From: Candidatus Bathyarchaeota archaeon
Lineage (GTDB): Archaea > Thermoproteota > Bathyarchaeia > Bathyarchaeales > Bathycorpusculaceae
Reading direction: 5' to 3'
Assembly: GCA_963828195.1 (NCBI GenBank)
Contig: CAWHDT010000002.1
Coordinates: 14,391-78,390, forward strand
Length of the DNA stretch: 64,000 nt
A program made the position numbers and the translations under genes. Numbering within the stretch: position 1 is the first letter of the stretch; every line of letters begins with the position of its first letter. Under the pieces are notes generated by a model, which saw only the letters and a list, made by a program, of their open reading frames with translations, was not told where the DNA came from and made no database searches. Shown one piece after another: positions 38,699-48,463 of this stretch.

Positions 38699-40660
38699 TT
38701 GAGTGAAAATGAAAAAACTTGCGTGGAAAAGCCGCAGAAAAAAGAAACGGAGAAACATGAAACCCAAAGGGTATTGATTTTTTTTGCAGTTTTACTAGGT
38801 CTAACTGTTCTCGTCGGAGGCTTACTTAGTTACCTCTTCGCGGGTGTTCCACTTCACTTTACTATTCCACTTATAAATGTTCCAGCAACCATGAGCAACC
38901 TATTGTATTATGTGACTGTGCTTTTCGCTTCCATATACATTGGAATTATTGGGTTTCGCGAGCTTTTTGTTGAAAAAAGGTTTTCTGTTGAGTTCCTGAT
39001 GGCTGCTGCTGCCATAGGTGCCTTGTACTTAAACGCATTGTTTGAAGCCGCAATGGTGTTGTTCCTGTATTCTATCGCGGAGTACTTTGAAGGCTACATT
39101 GAGGATAGAGCGCGCCGAACAGTTGAGAAATTATCGAAGTTCATGCCGGACAAAGCAAGAATCTTAACTGATGGGACAGAAAAAACTGTCAACGTCAACG
39201 AGGTCGAGCCCAACATGACTTTGCTTGTGAGACCTGGCGAACGGGTACCTTTAGACGGCAACGTTGTTGAGGGTTTATCGCATGTTGACCAAGCCATAGT
39301 TACCGGTGAATCTGTTCCAGTCACCAAGAAAGTGAACGATTGCGTCTACGCTGGCACACTAAATATGAGCGGAGTCCTAAAAATCACCGTGACAAAAAAA
39401 GCCAGCGAAACCCTTGTCTCAAAAATTATGGTGCTTGTAGAGCAATCAGGCAAACAAAAGGCATCTATGGAAAAACTTGTGGATCGATTCGCAAAAACTT
39501 ATGTGCCCATAGTTATCGTATTAGCCGTTTTAACCGCTGCTTTACCCACCTTGCTCGCCGGCATGTCCTTTCATGTTTGGCTGTACCGCTCGCTTATTCT
39601 GCTGGTAGTTTCATGTCCCAGCGCCTTCATTATTTCGGTTCCAGCAACCATTCTTGTAGCAATAACAGTTGCAGCGAGAAGAGGAGTCATAATTAAAGGC
39701 GGAATCTACGTTGAAAAATTAGCAAAGGTAAAACGGGTAGTTTTTGATAAAACGGGCACCTTAACGTTGGGCAGGCCGACAGTGCATGAAGTAAGACTGA
39801 CTCAAAGAACTGAACTAGATGCGTTGGCTTTGGCTGCATCACTTGACCAGTTTTCAAATCATCCCGTTGCCCAAACCATCGTCAGACGCGCCACAGAAAC
39901 AGGCATTGACTTAAGCAAGTTCAAAGTAATCGACGTTGTTGAAATACCTGGAAAAGGCATCGTAGGCAACGTTAATGGAAGTTTTGTAGCGGTCGGCAAC
40001 TTGGAGCTGATGAACGACTTCGGCTGCAATTGTAAAGAAGCCTTTAAAATCGATGAAAACGACGCTCACACTACCGTTTGTGTTTCTCTGGGTAAAGAAG
40101 GGTTAGGCACAGTTTGCGTTGTGGACCAAGTCAGGGAAGATGCCCTTCAAGCAGTAAGCAATTTGAAGAAAAACGGAGTAAAAACAGCCATGTTAACAGG
40201 CGACAGAGCTGAAATTGCTAAGGAAACGGGAGAAATGTTGAAGATTGATGAAGTATACGCGGAACTGTTTCCTGAGGATAAACTGAAGTGCATAGAAGAG
40301 ATGAAGGGTAAAGATGGTTTAGTAGCAATGGTCGGGGACGGCGTGAACGATGCTCCCGCATTGGCTGCTTCAGACGTGGGCATTGCCATGGGCGCTGCAG
40401 GGGTGGATGTTGCCCTGGAATCGGCTGATGTTGTATTGGTAAAGGATGAGTTGGCCCAAATTCCCTACTTGATCAAGCTCAGCGACAAAACCATGAATAT
40501 AGCCAAACAGAACATCACCGCCTCACTTATCATAAAATTGATTTTAGGAGCCTTAGGAGTACTCGGCGTGACAGGATTGCTTGCAACTGTAATTGCGGGC
40601 GATGATGGAGTCACAATGCTTCTTCTGCTGAACTCTCTGCGTCTTGAAAGAATAAAGTAA
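38699..40660 (+). CDS. Heavy-metal P1B-type ATPase (SCP motif)
   Basis: TGES, VSCPSA, DKTGT, SNHP, GDGVNDAPAL. Confidence 0.93.
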   Translation: MSENEKTCVEKPQKKETEKHETQRVLIFFAVLLGLTVLVGGLLSYLFAGVPLHFTIPLINVPATMSNLLYYVTVLFASIYIGIIGFRELFVEKRFSVEFLMAAAAIGALYLNALFEAAMVLFLYSIAEYFEGYIEDRARRTVEKLSKFMPDKARILTDGTEKTVNVNEVEPNMTLLVRPGERVPLDGNVVEGLSHVDQAIVTGESVPVTKKVNDCVYAGTLNMSGVLKITVTKKASETLVSKIMVLVEQSGKQKASMEKLVDRFAKTYVPIVIVLAVLTAALPTLLAGMSFHVWLYRSLILLVVSCPSAFIISVPATILVAITVAARRGVIIKGGIYVEKLAKVKRVVFDKTGTLTLGRPTVHEVRLTQRTELDALALAASLDQFSNHPVAQTIVRRATETGIDLSKFKVIDVVEIPGKGIVGNVNGSFVAVGNLELMNDFGCNCKEAFKIDENDAHTTVCVSLGKEGLGTVCVVDQVREDALQAVSNLKKNGVKTAMLTGDRAEIAKETGEMLKIDEVYAELFPEDKLKCIEEMKGKDGLVAMVGDGVNDAPALAASDVGIAMGAAGVDVALESADVVLVKDELAQIPYLIKLSDKTMNIAKQNITASLIIKLILGALGVLGVTGLLATVIAGDDGVTMLLLLNSLRLERIK

Positions 40661-40796
40661 AATTTTGTTGAGCGGGTTTAAAGGCGACAAATTTTGGGCG
40701 AATCATTATTGCCTGTCGTCTGCTCGGCAAGTTAATCGTTGACATTGGATGCAACTTATGAAAAATTAATAAGTGAACGAACATGTCAGATAGCTC

Positions 40797-41291
40797 ATGC
40801 CCAAGACGAATAAGTACGCTAAGAAGCAGCCTAAAAAAACTAAACCTAAAAAGCCTCAGCCTAAACCAGTAAGCATAACAACCCGCAAATCTTACTGGGC
40901 AACGCTGACCGCCTTAACGGTTGTTTTTGCTTCAGCCTATGGATACATCATTAACATGCCTTTAGAAAGTATAGTGATGATGCTTGCTACTGTTCTTTTA
41001 CTCATCGGATTTGCATGTTACATAAGATTTACTCCTTTCACCGCAACGGCTAACAAGAGAGCAACATTCATTTTTGTCGGAGCATGCGTCATCGGCTTCA
41101 GCATCTGGGCTACAATGATTCTTATTTTAAGCACACCAATGATTCGTCCCCCAGCTGCAAGCGCAATAGGCAATTTCTTCGTCACAACAAGTCTAATTAT
41201 CTGCTTGATTTCTGGAGCATTCATAGGTGACTTGATAGGCAAGCATAGAGAAAGCCTAAATCATTTTATCAACAACAAGCTAAGAAAATAG
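40797..41291 (+). CDS. Hypothetical membrane protein (about 4 TM)
   Basis: Lys-rich N-terminus followed by four hydrophobic segments. Confidence 0.7.
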   Translation: MPKTNKYAKKQPKKTKPKKPQPKPVSITTRKSYWATLTALTVVFASAYGYIINMPLESIVMMLATVLLLIGFACYIRFTPFTATANKRATFIFVGACVIGFSIWATMILILSTPMIRPPAASAIGNFFVTTSLIICLISGAFIGDLIGKHRESLNHFINNKLRK

Positions 41292-41402
41292 CCGAGTGGA
41301 TAAGACGAAGCAACCCAGTTTTCTTTTCGGTGCTTTCTCACAGAAACTTTAAGAGCACAATCAAATTAGCATCTTCAATACATAACTAAGGATAGATCTG
41401 CA

Positions 41403-42278
41403 TTGAAATTTGGAATAATGACGCGCAACATGGAAGCATGGAGCAGCACCCAAGTTCGGGAAGCCTTAACTAAACGGGGCATCCCATACGAATGCTTCAC
41501 TTTCCCAAAGCTCGTTGCAAGGCTCGCATACAAACCCTACTTCAAAGTTAACGGCATAAGCATCCTAGACGATTTAGACGCCCTTATCATCCGCCCCATC
41601 GGACGCGGCTCGCTTGAGCAGCTCGTATTCAGAATGGACATGCTCTACAAGCTGGAACGCCAAGGCTTCTATATGGTGAATCCGCCCACAGCCATCGAGC
41701 ACTGCGTGGACAAATATGACATTTTAGCTCTGCTTGAAGATGTAGGGGTTCCGGTACCGCGCACGTTAGCCACGGAGAGCGTGAATGAAGCAATAAAAGC
41801 ATTCAGTGAACTTGGCGGGGACATAGTGGTTAAACCGATTTTCGGCTCCAGAGGACAAGGCGCCACACGCGTGGTCGATGTGGACATCGCTGACACAATT
41901 TTTAAAGCCATAACTTTTCACCACGGCGTAATCTACATGCAGGAGTTCGTTCCCCACGGCTTCTCAGACATACGGGCATTCGTCATCGGCGACCGAGTAA
42001 TCGCGTCGATGCGGCGAGTAGCGAAGGGCTGGAAAACCAACTATAGCCAAGGAGCTAAACCTGCTCCAGCAACAATCAGCAAAGAATTCGAAGAAATAGC
42101 CATAAAATCCGCAAAAGCCGTCGGCTGCAAAATCGCGGGCGTAGACATCTTAGAAGGACCCGACGGACCACGCATAGTAGACGTAAACAGCCAGCCAGGA
42201 TGGAAAGGACTGCAAGTCGTCGCCAAGGTAAACATCGCCGAAGAAATAGTCAACTTCGTACTATCCGAACTCAAATAA
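41403..42278 (+). CDS. RimK-family ATP-grasp glutamate ligase (MptN/CofF-like)
   Basis: DKY, VPVPRT, VVKPIFGSRGQG, QEFV, DIRAFVIG, WKTNYSQG, VNSQPGW. Confidence 0.88.
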   Translation: MKFGIMTRNMEAWSSTQVREALTKRGIPYECFTFPKLVARLAYKPYFKVNGISILDDLDALIIRPIGRGSLEQLVFRMDMLYKLERQGFYMVNPPTAIEHCVDKYDILALLEDVGVPVPRTLATESVNEAIKAFSELGGDIVVKPIFGSRGQGATRVVDVDIADTIFKAITFHHGVIYMQEFVPHGFSDIRAFVIGDRVIASMRRVAKGWKTNYSQGAKPAPATISKEFEEIAIKSAKAVGCKIAGVDILEGPDGPRIVDVNSQPGWKGLQVVAKVNIAEEIVNFVLSELK

Positions 42279-42330
42279 AGTCAACTCGACAAAAATAGGC
42301 AATTTATTGTGCCTTCCTATTATCTAAAAA

Positions 42331-42927
42331 TCAAATTCTCACAATTAAATTCATGAATTTCAGCATTGCCTCAACCATTTGCTTCTCTCTACCGCTTATT
42401 CCTGTTCCTAAATCTTTTGCAAGCTTCGAACCGCAGTAAGCAGTGACCAGAAAAGTTTCAGATAAATCTACGCATTCCATGACTTTCGCAAGTTCTCCAA
42501 AATGAAAATAAAGAGTCACATCATTTAGGACAAGAATTCTAGTTTTACTTTTAATGAACCTGTCAAGCAGATGCCCCATGTTTTTCGCGTTTAATTTCGC
42601 AAAACGCATAATTTGTTCAGCTGACGTCCCAGTTAGCCTGGGTGCGTAAACGCGTGTGGGCAAGAGATATCTGGTTTTTTTGTCTAATTCCACGTAGTCT
42701 TTTATTTTTCCGCCGACTTCACCGATTTTATCTGGAGCAAAGTCAATAACTGTAATCTCCTCGGGATTGACAGTTACCTTTAGTTCCTGCAGCAGTTTGG
42801 CGGCTAACGCAGTTTTTCCCGTGTTAACTTCACCTAAGATCGCGGTTTTTCTCCTGATTATGTTTATGCCGTTTAATTGGGGTTCTTTGCTATTTGGTTC
42901 CAAATAATTTTTCCCTGCTGATTCCAA
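42331..42927 (-). CDS. Uncharacterised small P-loop NTPase; start uncertain
   Basis: Walker A GEVNTGKT and Walker B-like ILVLND. Confidence 0.7.
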   Translation of the reverse strand: MESAGKNYLEPNSKEPQLNGINIIRRKTAILGEVNTGKTALAAKLLQELKVTVNPEEITVIDFAPDKIGEVGGKIKDYVELDKKTRYLLPTRVYAPRLTGTSAEQIMRFAKLNAKNMGHLLDRFIKSKTRILVLNDVTLYFHFGELAKVMECVDLSETFLVTAYCGSKLAKDLGTGISGREKQMVEAMLKFMNLIVRI

Positions 42928-43459
42928 TCCTGTTTAATACAACTAAAATTACAAAGCCCAATATGCATCCTGTAATGCAGCTTACCGCCCAGCCCGCGCT
43001 TAAACTTGAAAAGGCGATTAGTGGACCCTCTTTAGTTAAACCTATCATACTTGAAGTTCCAAGCATTGGAGCAAACAAATAGAGCGAAAGTGGCACGCCT
43101 ATCAATAATGTGCCTATGGGTTCTGTGAGGGCGGCGGTTAAGGATTTTTTTTCGGTTAGTTTGAAGCGTTTTAGAAGCCAGTATGATACGCCGACAACTA
43201 TGCCGCCGGGGATTCCTCCGGGAAACGCGTAGAGAGTTCCAGTTCCCATCATGTTTCTCGTCACACCGATCGTTATCGCAGCGCCAACTGCCCAAAATGG
43301 CCCCAAGAGTACTGCAACAATAGCATTTATCATGTGTTGGGTGGGATTTGCCAATGTTCCAAAAACAGCAAAAGAGGTGAATTGCGAGAGGACCACTCCC
43401 AAAGCGCAGAAAACAATGAACAATGCAAGCTTTTTGACATGTACGGTTTGATTTCTCAT
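42890..43459 (-). CDS. thiW: ECF S-component ThiW (thiazole precursor uptake)
   Basis: PTQHMINAIVAVLLGP, RNMMGTGTLYAFPG, EPIGT. Confidence 0.9.
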   Translation of the reverse strand: MRNQTVHVKKLALFIVFCALGVVLSQFTSFAVFGTLANPTQHMINAIVAVLLGPFWAVGAAITIGVTRNMMGTGTLYAFPGGIPGGIVVGVSYWLLKRFKLTEKKSLTAALTEPIGTLLIGVPLSLYLFAPMLGTSSMIGLTKEGPLIAFSSLSAGWAVSCITGCILGFVILVVLNRIGISREKLFGTK

Positions 43460-44829
43460 GTGTCTCTCACTTCAATGGCAAGCTGCAAAACAAGTTTCGC
43501 CAAGTCAGAAGCCTGCGGGCCAAAAAGGACAATCATGGGTTCTTTGCCCATTCCTCCACGGTGATATATGATGTCTGGAGCTTTCCCCGCTCTTTTAATT
43601 GCTTCTTTAACGCCCCATGGAATCGTCATGCCCTCAACAGCCCGAGTCGTTTCAGACTCTTCATCTCTATCGTAAAAAGAAACGGCGAGGTTCCTTTGCT
43701 CCAAAATTCTGAGTAGATCTTCGGAAAATTTTATGTTAACAGCAGCCATTTTGGTTTCGTCATACTTCATGAGTTCAAGTATGTATCTTGCAAGATGTGA
43801 GGAGCAACCGTATTTTACTGCGCCGACTGCTCTTGCGCCCTCTGACGTTTTTGTTATTCGTCCATCAATCGATGCGACATCTTGTTTGTTTTGCGCATAA
43901 GGGGTAGCCATGGCAATGTTCATGCCGACCTCAGGCACTAGAAATGAAACTTCAGGGGCGTTTTCAATCAGAGCTTTTGCTTTTTCAACGTTTATTAAAA
44001 CGTCGTATCGTGAAGCATCATGGTAAAGCTGAGCCATCGGGTTCACTGGACCCCAACCTTCCCCGATGTTTAAGCCAAATCTGATTCCAAAAGCCACTAA
44101 ACCTTTTGCTTTTTCCACAGCAACTAGTATATCTGACCCTTTAGCAAGTTCAGCTGCCACGGCCGCCGAAAAAACGCAGCCCGTCCCATGCGTTGTCTTC
44201 ACATCTAACCTCTCTGAGGTGAAAGTTTTGAACTTGCCTTCATAGTACAATAAGTCTACGGCGTCTTTTCCTTCCAAGTGCCCTCCTTTAACGACGACGG
44301 CTTTGGGGCCCATTCCAGAAATTTTCTCAGCGGCGATCTTGGCATCCTCCAAGCTTTTTATGGTTATTCCAGACAGTTTCTCAGCTTCAAATCTGTTAGG
44401 AGTAACGACTGTGGTTTTTGGCAAAAGGTAGTTTTTCAAGGCGTCTACGGCTTGGGGTTCTAACAGGGGTAAGCCTGATTTAGAAACCATAACTGGGTCA
44501 ACAACTAATGGAAACTCGAAATTTGAAACTTCCGAAGCAACTGTTTTGATAATTTCCTCAGTGTGGAGCATCCCGGTTTTTGCGGCATCTATGCCCAAGT
44601 CCCCAGCCACCGCTCTGATTTGCTCTCGAATAATGCGTGGAGATAAGTCTTCAACTGAAATTACTGATTGGGTGTTTTGGGCGGTGATTGAAGTAATGGC
44701 TGATGCACCATGCACGCCCAGCGCTGCAAAGGTTTTCAAGTCGGCTTGAATTCCCGCGCCGCCCCCAGAATCGCTTCCGGCAATGGTGAGGGCAACTGGG
44801 ATTTTGCTTTTGGTTTTTTCCTTTATCAA
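43456..44829 (-). CDS. thiDN: Bifunctional HMP(-P) kinase / thiamine-phosphate synthase ThiDN
   Basis: TIAGSDSGGGAGIQADLKT, THGTGC; ThiN domain VPEVGMNIA, SSHLAR, GMGKEP. Confidence 0.93.
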   Translation of the reverse strand: MIKEKTKSKIPVALTIAGSDSGGGAGIQADLKTFAALGVHGASAITSITAQNTQSVISVEDLSPRIIREQIRAVAGDLGIDAAKTGMLHTEEIIKTVASEVSNFEFPLVVDPVMVSKSGLPLLEPQAVDALKNYLLPKTTVVTPNRFEAEKLSGITIKSLEDAKIAAEKISGMGPKAVVVKGGHLEGKDAVDLLYYEGKFKTFTSERLDVKTTHGTGCVFSAAVAAELAKGSDILVAVEKAKGLVAFGIRFGLNIGEGWGPVNPMAQLYHDASRYDVLINVEKAKALIENAPEVSFLVPEVGMNIAMATPYAQNKQDVASIDGRITKTSEGARAVGAVKYGCSSHLARYILELMKYDETKMAAVNIKFSEDLLRILEQRNLAVSFYDRDEESETTRAVEGMTIPWGVKEAIKRAGKAPDIIYHRGGMGKEPMIVLFGPQASDLAKLVLQLAIEVRDT

Positions 44830-46124
44830 TGAGGAGGCTCCTGGGCTTTCATTGCTTCTTTCAAAACTTTTATGGCGCAAAACTCTGAGCACATTGAACA
44901 AGTATCAGCGTTCTTTAGCGGTACGCGGTTGTGGATTGCTTTGGCTTTTTCCGGGTCTAAAGAGCATTCAAACTGCTTTTCCCAATCGAGGTTTGCCCTG
45001 GCTTTGGCCATGGCTACATCACGAGCCGACGCCTTAGCGCCTAATTTTACGATGTCAACAGCGTGAGCCGCTATCTTAGAGGCTATGACTCCTTCTCTAA
45101 CGTCTTCTAAGTTTGGCAGCGCTAAATGTTCAGAAGGTGTAAGATAACACAGGAAATCCGCGCCGGCAAGCCCAGCTATTGCCCCTCCGATGGCACCCAC
45201 GATGTGGTCATATCCAGGCGCGATATCAGTCACGAGGGGACCAAGCACATAGAACGGTGCGCCTTTGCAAACTGATTTTTCAAGCGTAACATTTGCAGCT
45301 ACATCGCTCAGCGGCAGGTGACCTGGTCCTTCAACAATGGTTTGCACATTGTAAGCTCTTGCCCTCTCGACGAGTTCGCCAAGCGTAACGAGCTCTTGAA
45401 TTTGAGGCCAATCTGTAGAATCGGAGATACATCCTGGTCTAAAACCATCTCCTAAGCTTAGGGCGAAATCGTATTTGGCAGCCAATTCGAGCAGATAATC
45501 AAAATTTGCGTATAAGGGATTTTCCTTATCATGGTGAAGAATCCATGCGGTTAGAAAGGTTCCGCCTCGGCTTACTATCCCCATTTGGCGCGGGTGTTTA
45601 ACGAGTTGCTTGACGGTTTGCTTTGTTACTCCGCAGTGCACCGTCATGAAGTCCACGCCGTCTTTCGCTTGCCTCTCGATGTTGCCAAAAATGTCGTCTT
45701 CAGTCATATGCAGAATAGAGCCTTTCTTGTTCGCGGTTTCTACTGCCGTTTGATATATGGGAACCGTTCCGATGGGAACGTTGACGGTTTTTATGATGGT
45801 CTTTCGCATTTGATCTGGGTTGCCGCCTATGCTCAAATCCATGATGGTGTCTGTGCCGTATTTGACGGCGATTTTTGCTTTTTCAACCTCCGTTTCGGCA
45901 ACGCACATGTCTGGGCTGGTGCCGATGTTTGTGTTTATTTTCGTGCTTAACCCAGCGCCGATACCTATCGGGTGAACATTAGCGTGATGGACATTGCAAG
46001 TTATGACAACAGTTCCCTGCGCAACCCGATCCCGGATGACTTCAGGTGCTTCCCCTTCATCTTTAGCAACAATTCGCATCTCTTGAGTTATTTGCCCCTT
46101 TTTTGCCGCTTCCATCTGAGTCAT
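44826..46124 (-). CDS. thiC: Phosphomethylpyrimidine synthase
   Basis: KINTNIGTS, MDLS, GIVSRGG, EGPGH, CSMCSEFC. Confidence 0.97.
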   Translation of the reverse strand: MTQMEAAKKGQITQEMRIVAKDEGEAPEVIRDRVAQGTVVITCNVHHANVHPIGIGAGLSTKINTNIGTSPDMCVAETEVEKAKIAVKYGTDTIMDLSIGGNPDQMRKTIIKTVNVPIGTVPIYQTAVETANKKGSILHMTEDDIFGNIERQAKDGVDFMTVHCGVTKQTVKQLVKHPRQMGIVSRGGTFLTAWILHHDKENPLYANFDYLLELAAKYDFALSLGDGFRPGCISDSTDWPQIQELVTLGELVERARAYNVQTIVEGPGHLPLSDVAANVTLEKSVCKGAPFYVLGPLVTDIAPGYDHIVGAIGGAIAGLAGADFLCYLTPSEHLALPNLEDVREGVIASKIAAHAVDIVKLGAKASARDVAMAKARANLDWEKQFECSLDPEKAKAIHNRVPLKNADTCSMCSEFCAIKVLKEAMKAQEPPH

Positions 46125-46139
46125 AGTTTGATTTTTCTC

Positions 46140-46280
46140 CTATTTGTTAAAACGAATATTTTGAATTCTAACGCTTTCTCTAAGCAAATATATAGCTGCT
46201 GGTGATCCAAAATTAAAATTTGAATAATAAGAGCTAAGTTTAGTTGAAAATATTTTGCTGGATGCCTTAGCTTGGTTCAT
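46140..46280 (-). other. Candidate 46-codon leader ORF between the TPP riboswitch and thiC
   Basis: GGAGGG-A7-TG start; reads MNQAKASSKIFSTKLSSYYSNFNFGSPAAIYLLRESVRIQNIRFNK; its TAG overlaps the thiC SD (TAGGAGA). Confidence 0.45.
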
Positions 46281-46283
46281 TTT

Positions 46284-46376
46284 TTTCCCTCCGCCAGCAT
46301 TACCTGGTTCAGGTTCCGCGGGTTGACAGCAAACAGCCGTCCTCTCAGCCAGGTCACAATCCCAGCTCCCCAGATT
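46284..46376 (-). ncRNA. TPP riboswitch (THI element)
   Basis: Minus strand reads GGGGAGC...GCTGAGAGG...ACCCGCGGAACCTGAACCAGGTAATGCTGGCGGAGGGA, upstream of thiC. Confidence 0.93.
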
Positions 46377-46608
46377 ACCTTACAAATAACGTCCACAACG
46401 CTTTATTTTAGGGTTGCGAAAACTCGCATTGATTGCGCCTTCTGGAATTTTTTGTCAAAAGAAGAAGAAGCCTCAAAAAACAATTTTTCTTCTTCTACCA
46501 CTGCACTTTTTCAAAAGAACAACAACACCCAAAAAACAACTGTTGTTTCTTTTTTGATTTCGGATTGTTTGTTGAAAAGTAAAAAAAGCCGTTCTTTTTC
46601 TGACAGCT

Positions 46609-47337
46609 TCATTCGTTTAATATGTCGGCGAGTAGGCGCCGTTCGGCTCTTCGTAAATGAACGGCTAGCGTAGAGCTCGCAAGATCAAGCTTTGCTGCAA
46701 GCTCCTCTACGCTTATTTTTCGGGGCGTGTCAAAGTAGCCAAGCCTGAAAGCCAAAGAAATCGCTTCTTGCTGCTTTTCAGTCAAGCGACTGATGGGCGA
46801 ATTAAGCGAAAATTTGGCGTCAGTCAGCGACAACACCTTATAGTTAACGCTTCCGTTTTCAAGGAACTCCTTAACCTGCTCATCATCTCCGACAAGGGTA
46901 ACTCTAACTTTTCCATCCCGTACAGCAAAAGGCAACAGGGGGTACATTCCTCTTCTGTTAGGTGTTCCTGAAGCTGACAAAGGCGGTTTTCCCTTGATAA
47001 AAAAAATGCAAGCTCCTCCATCTTGCTCTAAGAGTTGATAATCGATTTTGACGTCGTGAAGAAGTAACTTCAGAAGTTCTTCAACTTCCATAGAATCATC
47101 CTTGAGTTCTAGTCTGAATATGGCTGCAACTTCGGAGGAATCAAATCGTAAAATGTGTAGCATCTCAAATGCCTTGATTTTTTTCATAGTTTCGAGCCTG
47201 TTTAGTTCAGTCAATTGAGCTTTTTTGATTAATTCGGAATTGTCATCCTCTCCAGATGTTTTGAGTCTCTCGATTTCTCGCTCCTTAATTTTTTTGACTG
47301 CTTCGTTGATTGACCATTCCACAACTAGCCTGCGCAT
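46609..47337 (-). CDS. Bacterio-opsin-activator-type HTH (HTH_10) regulator
   Basis: LTEKQQEAISLAFRLGYFDTPRKIS..ELA..L.....L..HLRRAE. Confidence 0.9.
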   Translation of the reverse strand: MRRLVVEWSINEAVKKIKEREIERLKTSGEDDNSELIKKAQLTELNRLETMKKIKAFEMLHILRFDSSEVAAIFRLELKDDSMEVEELLKLLLHDVKIDYQLLEQDGGACIFFIKGKPPLSASGTPNRRGMYPLLPFAVRDGKVRVTLVGDDEQVKEFLENGSVNYKVLSLTDAKFSLNSPISRLTEKQQEAISLAFRLGYFDTPRKISVEELAAKLDLASSTLAVHLRRAERRLLADILNE

Positions 47338-47450
47338 GTATGTTACTTCGGTTTCATCGAATAAATAAGTTTCTATGGCGAATATGCTCGCTACAAAGTT
47401 AATCCGAAACGGCAACTATGTATCATGAAATTACGTGAAGTGAAAAATAA

Positions 47451-48452
47451 ATGAAAACATCAGATATTATTTCGGTCGAAAACCTCGTAGAGGTTTATGC
47501 TGACGGCACAAGAGCACTTGAAGGGATCTCTTTTGATGTGAAAGAGGGCGAGTTTTTCGGGTTTCTGGGGCCCAATGGCGCAGGAAAAAGCACCACAATC
47601 AAAATCCTCACCACGCTCCTCAGAAAGACTTCAGGGCACGTGCAAGTAGCTGGTTACGATTTAGAAAAATCGCCAAAGGAAATCCGAAAAGTCATCGGAG
47701 TTCTCACACAAGAAACCATAATAGACGTTGACCTAACAGGCAAAGAAAACCTCCGTCTTCAAGGTCGTCTCCAACAAATGCGTGGAAGCGCCTTAGAAAA
47801 ACGAGTAGACGAACTACTAAAAACTGTGCAGCTTGAAGAATTCGCAAACAAACCTGCTGGCCGATATTCAGGCGGCATGAAAAAAAGGCTTGACCTCGCC
47901 TCTGCCCTAATTCATAAGCCTAAATTACTTTTCCTTGATGAGCCGACGACTGGGCTTGATCCCCAAGCCCGTGCGTCAATATGGGACTACCTGGATGAGC
48001 TAAACAGGGAAGAAGGCATTACAATATTTTTGACCACACAGTACTTGGAGGAGGCAGACAAGCTCTGCCGGCGACTCTCAATAATTGACCACGGGAAGAT
48101 TGTTGCTTGGGGTTCGCCAACAGAACTCAAGCAAGCAATCGGACATGACACCATAACTCTTTCACTTAAGAACCCAAAAGATTCCTTGTTGAGATCCGAA
48201 ACGAAAAGGACTTTGCAAGAAATTCCGGGAGTAGTCGATGTTACTGATTCAGACGGCGGCATTACTGCTCATGCGAAGAACGCAAACGAAATAATAGCTG
48301 ACGTAGTTACAGCGTTGGACCGCAACAACATTCGCCCGACTTCTTTGAACATGTCCTCTCCAACACTTGACGATGTTTTCCTGCACCATACAGGCAGAAG
48401 AATAAGACCCGAAGAACTCGGCAGAAAAACCGCCGAACAAATCTTAATGTGA
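47451..48452 (+). CDS. ABC-2 exporter ATP-binding subunit (DrrA-like)
   Basis: GPNGAGKST, YSGGM, LFLDEPTTGLDP, C-terminal PTLDDVFL. Confidence 0.93.
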   Translation: MKTSDIISVENLVEVYADGTRALEGISFDVKEGEFFGFLGPNGAGKSTTIKILTTLLRKTSGHVQVAGYDLEKSPKEIRKVIGVLTQETIIDVDLTGKENLRLQGRLQQMRGSALEKRVDELLKTVQLEEFANKPAGRYSGGMKKRLDLASALIHKPKLLFLDEPTTGLDPQARASIWDYLDELNREEGITIFLTTQYLEEADKLCRRLSIIDHGKIVAWGSPTELKQAIGHDTITLSLKNPKDSLLRSETKRTLQEIPGVVDVTDSDGGITAHAKNANEIIADVVTALDRNNIRPTSLNMSSPTLDDVFLHHTGRRIRPEELGRKTAEQILM

Positions 48453-48463
48453 GGTAAACTAAA

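Noticed and set aside
46272-46673. 133-aa + strand ORF
   Set aside because: Antisense to the TPP riboswitch and runs through low-complexity intergenic DNA.
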